Part shown: positions 29,373 to 38,774 of the stretch, one piece after another | How the letters are laid out: the number at the start of each line of letters is the position of its first letter | Numbering within the stretch: the first letter of the stretch is position 1 | Source: Methanobacteriota archaeon | Lineage (GTDB): Archaea > Thermoplasmatota > Thermoplasmata > SG8-5 > JAGLSY01 | Direction: 5' to 3' | Assembly (NCBI GenBank): GCA_020697715.1 | Contig: JAEHCO010000001.1 | Span: 842,149-906,148 of the forward strand | Length of the DNA: 64,000 bases | Translations under genes and position numbers: made by a program | Notes under the pieces: generated by a model | What the model saw: the letters and a program-made list of their open reading frames with translations, nothing else | Told to the model about the DNA's origin: nothing | Databases searched by the model: none

Positions 29373-30173
29373 TTGGAAGATGATATAAAGATCATAAATA
29401 GAAAAGAATTCGATATGGATGGCGCGGTACTGATCGAAGGGTTCCCAAGTGTTGGAATGGTCAGCACCATTGTTTCCAATTATCTGATCAAGATCCTCAA
29501 GCTGGAATATGTGGGTTCCATATCATCAAGACACTTCTATCCCACAGCTGTAGTGGTGAACTCCATACCTATGCCACCTATGAGGATATATGCTGGAAAA
29601 CCCATGTGTGATGATGGTAATATCTGTAGCAAGGTGGTTGTCGTGACATCCGAATTTCCTCCACCGACCGAATTGATGAAGCCCCTTGTTGACAATATTA
29701 TCGAATGGTCCGAAAAAGCGGGGATCAGACAGATCATATCCGTTGAGGGCATAGTGAACACAAAGGCCGATGCAGCGAATGGTGCATCGGAGGATGATGA
29801 AGGTGCTACCTATGGTATTGCCAGTTCAGAACCCTCCCGCGAGCTGATAAAGGATCTGGAAGCTCTCACACCACTTGAAAATGGTGTGATAACTGGAATT
29901 TCCGGCGTATTGCTCTATGAAGCAGAGAGGCTGGGAAGGGATGTCATATGTCTATTGGCTGATGCACATTCGGACTATCCAGATGCGCGAGCTGCGGCTA
30001 GACTGATAGTTTGCCTTGACAATTTCCTGCCAAAGGTCAAATTGGACCCACAACCACTCATTGATGAGGCCGAACTTCTTGAAGGCCAGCTTAAGAAAGC
30101 GGTCAAGCAAGCACAGCCTGCTATTCAGAAATCACCTGCACTATCAGAAATATCACAGCATATGTATGGCTGA
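29373..30173 (+). CDS. PAC2-family proteasome assembly chaperone-like protein
   Basis: LIEGFPSVGMVSTI, PPMRIY, ITGISGVLL, PDARAAA and a C-terminal MYG. Confidence 0.88.
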   Translation: MEDDIKIINRKEFDMDGAVLIEGFPSVGMVSTIVSNYLIKILKLEYVGSISSRHFYPTAVVVNSIPMPPMRIYAGKPMCDDGNICSKVVVVTSEFPPPTELMKPLVDNIIEWSEKAGIRQIISVEGIVNTKADAANGASEDDEGATYGIASSEPSRELIKDLEALTPLENGVITGISGVLLYEAERLGRDVICLLADAHSDYPDARAAARLIVCLDNFLPKVKLDPQPLIDEAELLEGQLKKAVKQAQPAIQKSPALSEISQHMYG

Positions 30174-30233
30174 ATTTATTCATACTCTTTCAAACCCATA
30201 TCATAATTATTTAAATAAGAAGTATGATGTACA

Positions 30234-32555
30234 TTGAGCGAGGTGCTGTTAACGTCTAATGATTTCCTTCCCGATGGTAAACTGATCCGAACTATCCACG
30301 GCGGAGAGGATACTCTCAAGAAAAGTCTTATAAAACTCAAGAAATATGAGTTCACTGGCTACGTTAAGAGCATGCTGAAGCGTGATGGGAAGATATCTGA
30401 AGGATATTTGATAATTAAAAATGGAGTTCCTGTAGCGGCAGTCTATGGTCGAAGAGATGGATCCGATCTGCAGATAACGAAGCAGGGTGAGAAAGCTCTT
30501 AAACTTGCCTGGGTGGATTCCTATGATGATAAATGTGAGATAGAGGTCAGAGGTAGATTGGAGGTAGATGCATTTCTCTCAGAACATCCCGAATCCTCCA
30601 TTACTGTTCTGAAACCCTCTGGAAAGAAAAGACCACGAGCCAAAGTGGGGATATCGTGGGGGGATTCAAATAATAAAGAACCAAATAAGACAGGTCCGAG
30701 CAAGGAATTGAAACCCCTTCAAAATAGGATCGAACTATGGAGATCTGAAGGATATGTCGTGAACAACCTTCAGGAGGCTCTTGAAGGTCCAATTGAAAAT
30801 GCGAAGCACATGTTCGACGAATTCAGTGAGAATATCAAGAAGATAGATTTTTTCAAGGACGATCTGGAAAGCATGGATACCATCGGTCATGGGACCGAGG
30901 TGGAAAAGCTCAAGGCTCTTTTCAAGAATCCGATGAAGATAACCGCCATAGAAGCCGCTATGGAAGATCTGAGCGACAAGATACATATATTGGATGACCC
31001 AGAGGAATCTGAAGATATAGGAACTGGACATGATTTCAATCTGGAAATAGAGCCAATAGTTGCTGAAAAGCCACCAACTACTGAACCGATCATCGAGAAG
31101 CCAGTTCAGAAGTCAAAACCTGTATTCAGTTCAGTTCCCGAACTAGATCCCATTGTCATGAACAAGGAAGAAACTATCAAAGAGCCTATTGAGGATCTTT
31201 GTGGGATATGTGGCGGTGGTATGGGCGGTCTTGATGAATGTCCAATATGCGGTGCTATCAGGAACACGAAAACAGACAAAGGAAAGCTTGATGATATTCT
31301 CAAGACGAAGGATACTGGACTCATTCCCACATTCACCTTCGAGAATTTTGTTGTCGGGGACAATAACAGATTCTCGCAAGCGGCTTCCTTGGCTGTTGCC
31401 AAAGCCGAATCATCTGTTTACAATCCATTATTGATCTGCAGTGGAGTTGGTCTTGGTAAGACACATATGATCAATGCCATAGGAAATTATGTGGTAAATG
31501 GTGATGAGGGTAGGAAGGTCCTTTATATCACCACCGAGAAGTTCATGCAGGAATTCATAGAAGCTACCAGATCCAATAAGCTGAAGGCTTTCAGAAGCCG
31601 ATATAGAAAGATAGACATTCTTCTTTTAGATGATATCCAGTTCATCGCCGATCAGGAAGCTGTTCAGGATGAATTGTTCCATACTTTCAATGCTCTTTAT
31701 AAGGATAATAAACAGATAGTCATGTCCAGTGATTGTCCATTAAAAGATATATCTGGCTTGAAGGATAGACTTGTCTCTCGTTTCGAATCAGGCCTGGTTA
31801 CAGATATACAGGCTCCGGATCTTGAGACCCGAGTGAGCATATTGAGGAAGAAGGCCGAGATAGCGGGCTTTGTTGTTGGAGATGATGTATTGAATTTCAT
31901 TTCCCGGATATATACCAGCAATGTCCGGCTTTTGGAAGGTGCATTGAATAAGATCATCGCATATTGTGAATTGATGAACACAAGCCCAACAATATCCCTT
32001 GCAGAAGATGTTTTGAGAGATGAGAATAAGGAGCCTGTCAAAGAAGAGCCCAAAGAAAAGGAAGCTGAGATCTTTGATGGTGGGGTCAAGTCGGATAAAT
32101 TAAAGATATCTCGTAGCTATCTGGTGGAAGAGGATCGTCCTGAAAAATGCTTTGAGATATTCGTCGAAACACTTGATCTGGGATATGCTGGCATGTGTAT
32201 CAGCAGGACCAATCCCAGGCGTCTCAGGGGTGACTATGACTTTGGGGAATCGGAATTATTATGGCTAACTGATAGGGAAAGTTCAGAGGCCACGATACAG
32301 CCTGCACTTGAAAGGATCATTTACAAGATAGAGGATCTACTGAACACTGGTAAAAAGGGCATTCTTTTGATAGATGGCCTTGAATATCTCATTAGCAATA
32401 GCAGCTTTGACGCTGTCCTGAGATTCCTTCGAAGATTGATAGATGATGTTTCTGAAAGTGATTCGATATTCCTGATGTCCGTGACACCTGGCACACTTGA
32501 CCCTCAGGATCTGAAGATATTGGAAAGGGAAATGGAAGTTATTTCTTTTATTTAA
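30234..32555 (+). CDS. Multidomain protein: DUF2226-like N-domain, zinc ribbon, DnaA-type AAA+ domain (about 31320-32021) and C-terminal DUF835
   Basis: FTFENFVVGDNN, YNPLLICSGVGLGKTH, LLLDDIQF, FHTFNAL, RLVSRFESGL, PDLETRVSILRKKA, SNVRLLEGAL; C-terminal ISRTNP, WLT, ILLIDGLEYLI..S.FDAVLRFL. Confidence 0.88.
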   Translation: MSEVLLTSNDFLPDGKLIRTIHGGEDTLKKSLIKLKKYEFTGYVKSMLKRDGKISEGYLIIKNGVPVAAVYGRRDGSDLQITKQGEKALKLAWVDSYDDKCEIEVRGRLEVDAFLSEHPESSITVLKPSGKKRPRAKVGISWGDSNNKEPNKTGPSKELKPLQNRIELWRSEGYVVNNLQEALEGPIENAKHMFDEFSENIKKIDFFKDDLESMDTIGHGTEVEKLKALFKNPMKITAIEAAMEDLSDKIHILDDPEESEDIGTGHDFNLEIEPIVAEKPPTTEPIIEKPVQKSKPVFSSVPELDPIVMNKEETIKEPIEDLCGICGGGMGGLDECPICGAIRNTKTDKGKLDDILKTKDTGLIPTFTFENFVVGDNNRFSQAASLAVAKAESSVYNPLLICSGVGLGKTHMINAIGNYVVNGDEGRKVLYITTEKFMQEFIEATRSNKLKAFRSRYRKIDILLLDDIQFIADQEAVQDELFHTFNALYKDNKQIVMSSDCPLKDISGLKDRLVSRFESGLVTDIQAPDLETRVSILRKKAEIAGFVVGDDVLNFISRIYTSNVRLLEGALNKIIAYCELMNTSPTISLAEDVLRDENKEPVKEEPKEKEAEIFDGGVKSDKLKISRSYLVEEDRPEKCFEIFVETLDLGYAGMCISRTNPRRLRGDYDFGESELLWLTDRESSEATIQPALERIIYKIEDLLNTGKKGILLIDGLEYLISNSSFDAVLRFLRRLIDDVSESDSIFLMSVTPGTLDPQDLKILEREMEVISFI

Positions 32556-32575
32556 TTTGATCCTGCTGGACCAAA

Positions 32576-34225
32576 TTAAATCACATAATTCTCTTTGTCA
32601 AGGAAATCCTTGAATTCTTTTACTGAATGAAGGGCTTCTGGATAATTCTTATCCTTCATCGCGATATTTGCCTTTTTCAAAAATTCTACTGGCTTGGCAA
32701 TATCAATGTTCATCATCTTTATTTCCAATAGGCTTGTCTTGGCCTTTTTCATGGCTGTGGATATGTGAGTTGGAAGTATCTCATTAAGACTGTCCTGAGC
32801 CTGTTTCGCGAATATGGAGGCTGAGTTCCAATCTTCATTCTCAGCTGCTTTCTTTGCCTCATTGTAAAAGCTTAAAGCCGTTCCCATCTCGATGTTCATG
32901 GCCTTTGCATCTTCCATTGTGGCTCCCATTATTCTGAGAACGCTCTTTGCATCCAGAGCTTCTTCGCCCACGGTCTCTTTCAATAATGAATCCACTTTCT
33001 TTATCTCTAATAGAACTGTCTCAAAATCATATGAGGACATCGCATTTTGAATACTGGCCATGCTCATCTGGATAGCTGAAGAACCTTGGGTCTCCGCATC
33101 TGCCTCATTGGCCTTGAGCTTGAGAGCTTTCACCCTCTCGTTCATATGATCCATGATTATCTTTTCAATACCTGCCTTACCCTCTTCGACCAGTCTTACC
33201 GCGGTCTCAAGATCCTTATTCTTTCCTGCCGCCACGGCTTGATTTATCAGGCCTCTGCTTTTGGTTACATTTATCTCGCATCTTTTGGCCACTGCGAGAT
33301 ATTTTTTCACTTCTCCAATTAGCTTGGGAAGTTCTTTGTATTTCTCTTTTAAATTGGCCCTGCTCTGTGCGGACATCTCTGCGGAAGGTGCGGATGCTTC
33401 TGCCGGAGCCGGCTGAGGTGTGGGTGTGGGTGTGGGTGTGGGTGTAGGTTTTTGTGCCGGGCTGATCTTTTCCTCGATCTTCGCAGGCTGTGGTTGAACC
33501 ACTTTCTCGGGTTGTGGCTTAGTGACCTCTGGTTTAGGCTGTGGTTGTTCTGTCACAACGGGTTTAGCAGCTTCTGGTTCAGGCTTCGCTTCAACTGCTT
33601 TCTCTTCCTTCATCGCCTTCATCCTTTCAGCAAAGCTCAATTCCTTTGCCGGTTCTGGCTCTGGTTTTGCCTCGACTACAGGAGCAGCAGGCTCTGAGCT
33701 CTCCCCCTTCATCGCCTTCATCCTTTCAGCAAAGCTCAGTTCCTTTACTGGCTCTGGCTCAGGAGTGGGTTCTGGAGTTGGCTCTGGGATCGCTTCTTCG
33801 GCCTCCTCAACTTCCTCATCCCCAAACTCCGCCCCACAGTTGGGACAGACATCGGTATTGATATCTACCAAGGTCTGGCATAATGGACATTCGAAGACCT
33901 CTCCTTCAGCAAATTCCACACCACAATTTGGGCAAGCGGCGGCATCTTCTGGAATTAATTTATTACATTCTGGACATTCGAACATCTCTGCCTGTGGTTC
34001 TGCTGTGGTTGCTGCAAAAGGATCTCCCTCCGCGGCCTTGAGAAGGTCGCCCATATGCCCATCTACCTGACCTACTAGCTCGACATCCTCCCCCACCTCC
34101 ACTCTTTGTCCATCGACCTGGAAAAGTGTCAGGTCTGTTTTGCAGGAAGGGCATGACTTGTCATCAAGCGGTACGCTCTCATCGCATACGGGGCATATTC
34201 TCTGTTTTGTCCCTGGCTCGCTCAT
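32576..34225 (-). CDS. Multi-zinc-ribbon protein with a Pro/Glu-rich linker and helical C-terminal region
   Basis: Six CPxC motifs forming three ribbons; linker with duplicated KELSFAERMKAMK; helical repeats at the C-terminus. Confidence 0.85.
   Translation of the reverse strand: MSEPGTKQRICPVCDESVPLDDKSCPSCKTDLTLFQVDGQRVEVGEDVELVGQVDGHMGDLLKAAEGDPFAATTAEPQAEMFECPECNKLIPEDAAACPNCGVEFAEGEVFECPLCQTLVDINTDVCPNCGAEFGDEEVEEAEEAIPEPTPEPTPEPEPVKELSFAERMKAMKGESSEPAAPVVEAKPEPEPAKELSFAERMKAMKEEKAVEAKPEPEAAKPVVTEQPQPKPEVTKPQPEKVVQPQPAKIEEKISPAQKPTPTPTPTPTPQPAPAEASAPSAEMSAQSRANLKEKYKELPKLIGEVKKYLAVAKRCEINVTKSRGLINQAVAAGKNKDLETAVRLVEEGKAGIEKIIMDHMNERVKALKLKANEADAETQGSSAIQMSMASIQNAMSSYDFETVLLEIKKVDSLLKETVGEEALDAKSVLRIMGATMEDAKAMNIEMGTALSFYNEAKKAAENEDWNSASIFAKQAQDSLNEILPTHISTAMKKAKTSLLEIKMMNIDIAKPVEFLKKANIAMKDKNYPEALHSVKEFKDFLDKENYVI
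33417..33446. repeat. Hexamer microsatellite (GGTGTG)x4-5 encoding a Pro-Thr repeat
   Basis: Four perfect GGTGTG units plus GGTGTA. Confidence 0.85.
33607..33738. repeat. 33-bp exact direct repeat with a 99-bp period
   Basis: CCTTCATCGCCTTCATCCTTTCAGCAAAGCTCA at 33607-33639 and 33706-33738. Confidence 0.85.
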
Positions 34226-34392
34226 CTTTCATCCGCCTTACTGACTGAAGTTCGAAACATGACCACAGGTATGCCCACTATACCTTTCAGTACACTGATC
34301 GAACTTGATATGAATAATGCCCAGTAATACTGAACAGTATATTTATCTTTTCGTATATACTCTATATAATGCTTTGTGGCCGCTTAGATAAT

Positions 34393-35571
34393 TCAACTTT
34401 CCTTACCTTTGGTGTTCTTGTGAACGATCTCGACCAGATCCCTGACCTTGAACTTCTTGCCGGTCTCCTTTTTGAAATCAGATGCGGCATTGGAGAACAT
34501 GGATTTACATGCCGGGCAAGCGGAGACAATGAAGTCTCCCTCCAATTCATTGGCCTCGGTAAGTCTGGCTTTTGCCATGGATGATGAGATATCATAGTTG
34601 GTGGATTGCAGACCGCCCCCACCTCCACAGCAGTGACTCTTATCTCTATTGAATTTGAATTCCTTCACTTCGGCAAAATGTGAAAGTAGTTTCCTGGGCT
34701 CGTCATACATTTCCGCATGGCGACCGAGATCGCAAGGATCGTGGTAAAGGACATTTCCTTCCAGCTTCTTGGTGACTGTGAGATCGCCTTTCTCGATAAG
34801 TTCGTCGAAGAACTCCAGTATGTGCTTGGATTCCAGACCGAGATCCACTCCATTCTCTGGATAGATATGATGGAGTGTCCTGTAGCATCCGGGACAAGGT
34901 GTGACCACCATTTTCGGTCTCGGGTTCAGTGTTTCGATCTGCTCCAGCAGGCCCTTCCCAAAAGCATCCGAGTCATAACCAGCCAGGTAATTGAGGAAAC
35001 CACAGCATGGCTCCTTCTCTCCCAGGGTGGTGTAGCTCACTCCTGCTCTTTCCAGTATCTTGAAAATGGCGGATGTCACCTTCATATCCGTATTGGATGC
35101 GACGCATCCCAGGAATACCAGCACATCTCCGCCGGTCCTCAGCTTGGCCTTTGCCTCATCAGGCAGGAACTCCTCCCTGGCACTTGCTGGTTCTCCCTGT
35201 GGATTGCCGTGCTTCTCAATATTTTCCAGAGCTAGTTCCATGGTTTCTGGAACCTCATGTAAGCCTGCCAGCTCCTGCCTGGCAGCCATGAGCACATCCA
35301 CGGTCTTGACATTGGAAGGACACCTGCGCATACAATCTCCGCAAGTGGTGCATTCGAATATTGATTGGACAACTGAATCGTCCACTGGTATGTCGCCTTG
35401 CAAAAGACCGTAGGCCAGCACCATCTTCGACCTGGCCGTATTGTGATCCCACAATGTGCCCTTGAAGGCCGGGCATACGGATTTACAATATCCGCAGGAA
35501 GTACAGAGTAATGTTTGATCATACAATGCCTTCAGCTTATCGCCCTTGATGTACTTCTTATCATCACTCAT
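34393..35571 (-). CDS. Fe-S oxidoreductase, GlcF/HdrD-like (two 4Fe-4S motifs and two CCG domains)
   Basis: CTSCGYCKSVCP, CTTCGDCMRRCP, EPCCG, YHDPCDLGR, HCCGGGGG and ACPAC. Confidence 0.9.
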   Translation of the reverse strand: MSDDKKYIKGDKLKALYDQTLLCTSCGYCKSVCPAFKGTLWDHNTARSKMVLAYGLLQGDIPVDDSVVQSIFECTTCGDCMRRCPSNVKTVDVLMAARQELAGLHEVPETMELALENIEKHGNPQGEPASAREEFLPDEAKAKLRTGGDVLVFLGCVASNTDMKVTSAIFKILERAGVSYTTLGEKEPCCGFLNYLAGYDSDAFGKGLLEQIETLNPRPKMVVTPCPGCYRTLHHIYPENGVDLGLESKHILEFFDELIEKGDLTVTKKLEGNVLYHDPCDLGRHAEMYDEPRKLLSHFAEVKEFKFNRDKSHCCGGGGGLQSTNYDISSSMAKARLTEANELEGDFIVSACPACKSMFSNAASDFKKETGKKFKVRDLVEIVHKNTKGKES

Positions 35572-37000
35572 CGAAGTTCACCTCCGCGGGGTATCTGAGG
35601 CTGAACATTATGTGCTCGCTCTCCCACTCGAACATCTTGCCCGGGTTCATGATATTATTTGGATCGAGAGCGTCCTTGATAGCTTTCATGGTCTTGATCG
35701 CAGTTGCTCTTTCCTTCTTCATGTAAGGGGCTTTGGCCATTCCCACACCGTGCTCGCCAGTCACTGTCCCATCGAGAGAAAGCACCAGGTCGTAGATCTC
35801 CTCCACTGCTTTTTCCGCGCGTTTCCAGTCATCTTCCTTGCTTGGATCGATGAGGAATTTCGTGTGAAGGTTACCATCACTGGCATGACCGTAAGTGGCG
35901 ATTATCACCTTGTTGCGGTCGGATATCTCTTTGAAACCAATGACCGCCTGAGCCACCCTGGAAATAGGAACGCCCATGTCATCGGCCAGTGATACGATCT
36001 TCAGCTCTGGGCTATAACCACCCAGAGCTGGCAGGACGGACTTTCTGGCCTCGTGCCAGAGGCCATAAACGGCTTTATCATCGGATACGATGATCTCGGT
36101 GGCTCCACTTGCCTTACAAACTTCCTCCACCTGTCGGATCTCGCGGCCAACTTCCTCGATAGGTCCGTCAACCTCGATTATCAGAATTGCTGGAACATCG
36201 GGCAAACCGGCATCGATCCCGCGGTTTGCCGCGGTGATGCAGGTATTGTCCATGATCTCCATGGAACTTGGAATAATAGGATGTGCAATTATATTCGAAA
36301 TCGCCTGGCCCGCTTTCTCCACCTTGTCAAAGCTGACTAAAGCTGCTGCAACAGCTTTAGGCAAAGCGACAATTTTTAAAGTAACTTCGGTGATGATACC
36401 CAGTGTGCCCTCAGAGCCCACGAATAACTTTTCCAATTGGTAGCCGGAGCTGTTCTTCAGAGTGTGCGTGCCAACCTTCATTATCTCCCCGGTTGGAAGT
36501 ACAACCTCCAGCCCAAGAACATAATCCCTTGTCGCGCCGTATTTGATGGCTCTCATTCCGCTGGCATTCAGTGACACCATGCCACCGATGTTAGCAGCTT
36601 CCGCGCTTCCTGGAGAGCCCGGGAACTGGTATCCCGCGCTTTTCAGCTCATTGTTCAGGTGATCGTAAATAACACCTGGCTCGACTATGCAGAACAAATT
36701 CTCGGGTGTTATGCTTTTGATCTTGTTCATGGCCTGCATGTCCAGAGTGATCCCGCCCTTGATGGGAACTGCTGCTCCACAAAGGCCAGTACCCGCGCCT
36801 CGCGGTGTTATCGGCACCTTGTACTTATTGGCCAGTTTCACTATCTTGGACACCTCTTCGGTATTCATCGGCCTAGCCACTGCATCGGGCATCGCCCGAT
36901 ATATGCTGGCATCTGATGAATAAGCATATCTGGCGGCCGTGCTGGTGGTGAAGTTCTCTCCTAAAAGCTCCTGCAATTCCTTGAACATTTCTTCGGACAT
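35564..37000 (-). CDS. FAD-linked D-2-hydroxyacid dehydrogenase, GlcD/D-lactate dehydrogenase family
   Basis: PRGAGTGLCG, IKYGATRDYVLGLEVV, GSEGTLGIITE, GHASDGNLH, TGEHGVG and DPNNIMNPGK. Confidence 0.92.
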   Translation of the reverse strand: MSEEMFKELQELLGENFTTSTAARYAYSSDASIYRAMPDAVARPMNTEEVSKIVKLANKYKVPITPRGAGTGLCGAAVPIKGGITLDMQAMNKIKSITPENLFCIVEPGVIYDHLNNELKSAGYQFPGSPGSAEAANIGGMVSLNASGMRAIKYGATRDYVLGLEVVLPTGEIMKVGTHTLKNSSGYQLEKLFVGSEGTLGIITEVTLKIVALPKAVAAALVSFDKVEKAGQAISNIIAHPIIPSSMEIMDNTCITAANRGIDAGLPDVPAILIIEVDGPIEEVGREIRQVEEVCKASGATEIIVSDDKAVYGLWHEARKSVLPALGGYSPELKIVSLADDMGVPISRVAQAVIGFKEISDRNKVIIATYGHASDGNLHTKFLIDPSKEDDWKRAEKAVEEIYDLVLSLDGTVTGEHGVGMAKAPYMKKERATAIKTMKAIKDALDPNNIMNPGKMFEWESEHIMFSLRYPAEVNFDE

Positions 37001-37162
37001 TTACATCATCCTCTGTCTGCGTGGAACACCCAGTCCCATACAGGTATCCAAAAGTTAACCCTGATAATGATATATAATTTCCGCATGAAAGCAGATATTT
37101 ATATGCGTATTATGTTTAGGTGACTTAGGTGAGAGGAGGAGTCGATCATTGTAGAAGAAGAT

Positions 37163-37408
37163 GTGAAAATCAGTAAAGGCGGATTGATCTTGATTATCTT
37201 TTGGCTGGCATTGATAAATTTCGTCATAATTTATATTAATATGACCTCCCCTTCTTTGGATAATGTTCATAATATGATCTACATGTTTGTTATCATCTTT
37301 TTATTCATCGTAATAATTGTTTTTATATTGATCTATTATCTGGATCATATTCGAAAGACCCCTAAACGAAGCCTCCCAGAGATTGATGAACCGTCGATGG
37401 AAGGATGA
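37163..37408 (+). CDS. Small two-TM hypothetical membrane protein
   Basis: Two hydrophobic stretches; start codon uncertain. Confidence 0.5.
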   Translation: MKISKGGLILIIFWLALINFVIIYINMTSPSLDNVHNMIYMFVIIFLFIVIIVFILIYYLDHIRKTPKRSLPEIDEPSMEG

Positions 37409-37505
37409 AGGGATGCCTCGCCTACAGGGCGGCATATAAATATTCGAATTGTGTTTAGGATACATATCAAACGAACATACTAAAATAAAGATAAGGTGAT
37501 GACAG

Positions 37506-37808
37506 ATGCCAGTACTTTGGTTTATGGAATATGATATTCCCAAGGATGCGGAAGCCAGTAAGAGATACATGAACTATATTTTTGATGAAGAATACAGTTG
37601 CATGGTGATGGACAAGTGCGAGAAGATAGGTGCGAAATTGAATGTCTGGTGCGATGATTCGAGCCATATTATTTTCACCATCGAGTTCGACACAATCGAG
37701 GACTATGACAGATTGTTCGAAGATCCCGAGTGGCAGAAAGGAATGGATCGCCTGAACCAGCTTGTTCTCAATGCGAATACCAGGATGATGCGACCTGCTG
37801 GGGAGTAG
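37506..37808 (+). CDS. Hypothetical protein, possible dimeric alpha-beta barrel fold
   Basis: AAGGTGA ribosome-binding site; IEFDTIEDYDRLFEDPEWQK pattern resembles NIPSNAP/DUF1330-like proteins. Confidence 0.6.
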   Translation: MPVLWFMEYDIPKDAEASKRYMNYIFDEEYSCMVMDKCEKIGAKLNVWCDDSSHIIFTIEFDTIEDYDRLFEDPEWQKGMDRLNQLVLNANTRMMRPAGE

Positions 37809-37872
37809 TTTTTTGCCACATGCAACGAAAGTCATATAAGAGAGACTTTCGATTCACATGAGAGGGAAGTAA

Positions 37873-38655
37873 TTGACTACAAAAGAAGATGTGCCAGATT
37901 CTATTACTGATAAGGAGTTAAGAGACCTGATTAGAGAAAATTATAAGCAATCAGTAGAATCAAGAGATTTTAAAAAATTAAACTCTTTTATACGTAAGTA
38001 TTCTAAAATTATTAATGCTAAAAGATTTTTCAATGAGTTTAAAAATGCCCTATCAGATCAACGTACTGAATTAAATAATTCTATAAAATATCTAGAACCC
38101 AGATATTCAATTTTTCGAGAGGCTCTTGATGCTGTAGCTAAACAGAGCCCTGCTCTATTTATGGACAAGATCAAAAACCCTCCAAATGTGTGCCTATTGA
38201 GAAATGAAATATTTAATGCATTTATCATTATCAAAAGAGAAGGTAGAATGTTTGCAGATTTGGAAGAACAAGACAAAATTGATAAAGAAATTCATTTGAT
38301 TCAGAAATGCTGGGAGCTCTATAAATCACAAAGAAATTTAATGTGTAATATGTTAGAAGAAATTAATAATCCATCAATGAAAGAATATGTTAGAGAGAAA
38401 GCAAAATTACATGATACGAAACTGTCCAGAAACATCAGAAATGCCGACTCACATTTAAGAGTACAAAATTTCCCCGAAAGAAGGATGGTTCATCTACGTA
38501 ATTTGCGTAATGATAAAATTGACTGGGAAGATGATATCCCATATGATGATTTTGAAGATATTTTCTATGATTTATTAAATTTCAATAATGCTATGGCAAC
38601 AGCAGAAGAGGAAGTCTCAATAGGCATATTAGAACAAATGGTGAAATCTCGATAG
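37873..38655 (+). CDS. AT-rich hypothetical protein with an RxxxxH (HEPN-like) motif
   Basis: Largely helical, charged sequence; IRNADSH at about 38434-38454. Confidence 0.55.
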   Translation: MTTKEDVPDSITDKELRDLIRENYKQSVESRDFKKLNSFIRKYSKIINAKRFFNEFKNALSDQRTELNNSIKYLEPRYSIFREALDAVAKQSPALFMDKIKNPPNVCLLRNEIFNAFIIIKREGRMFADLEEQDKIDKEIHLIQKCWELYKSQRNLMCNMLEEINNPSMKEYVREKAKLHDTKLSRNIRNADSHLRVQNFPERRMVHLRNLRNDKIDWEDDIPYDDFEDIFYDLLNFNNAMATAEEEVSIGILEQMVKSR

Positions 38656-38774
38656 CAAGCGCCCTTAACAGACGGGAGACAGTACGGGGAAAATAGTACT
38701 TTCACTCACCCTAGCCTATTACTTATATACAATCTACCTAATATGGTCTTTAGAAGTAAGGGAGGATAAGTTAA

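Noticed and set aside
30234-32555. Calling this gene dnaA or treating the contig as bacterial
   Set aside because: Domains I and IV are absent, no dnaN/recF/gyrB context, and flanking genes (PAC2, mptA, arcS, AcnX operon) are archaeal.
34393-35571. HdrD (with mptA) as evidence of methanogenesis
   Set aside because: CCG-domain proteins paired with GlcD are widespread, MptA also serves folate and archaeosine pathways, and no methanogenesis genes are in the window.
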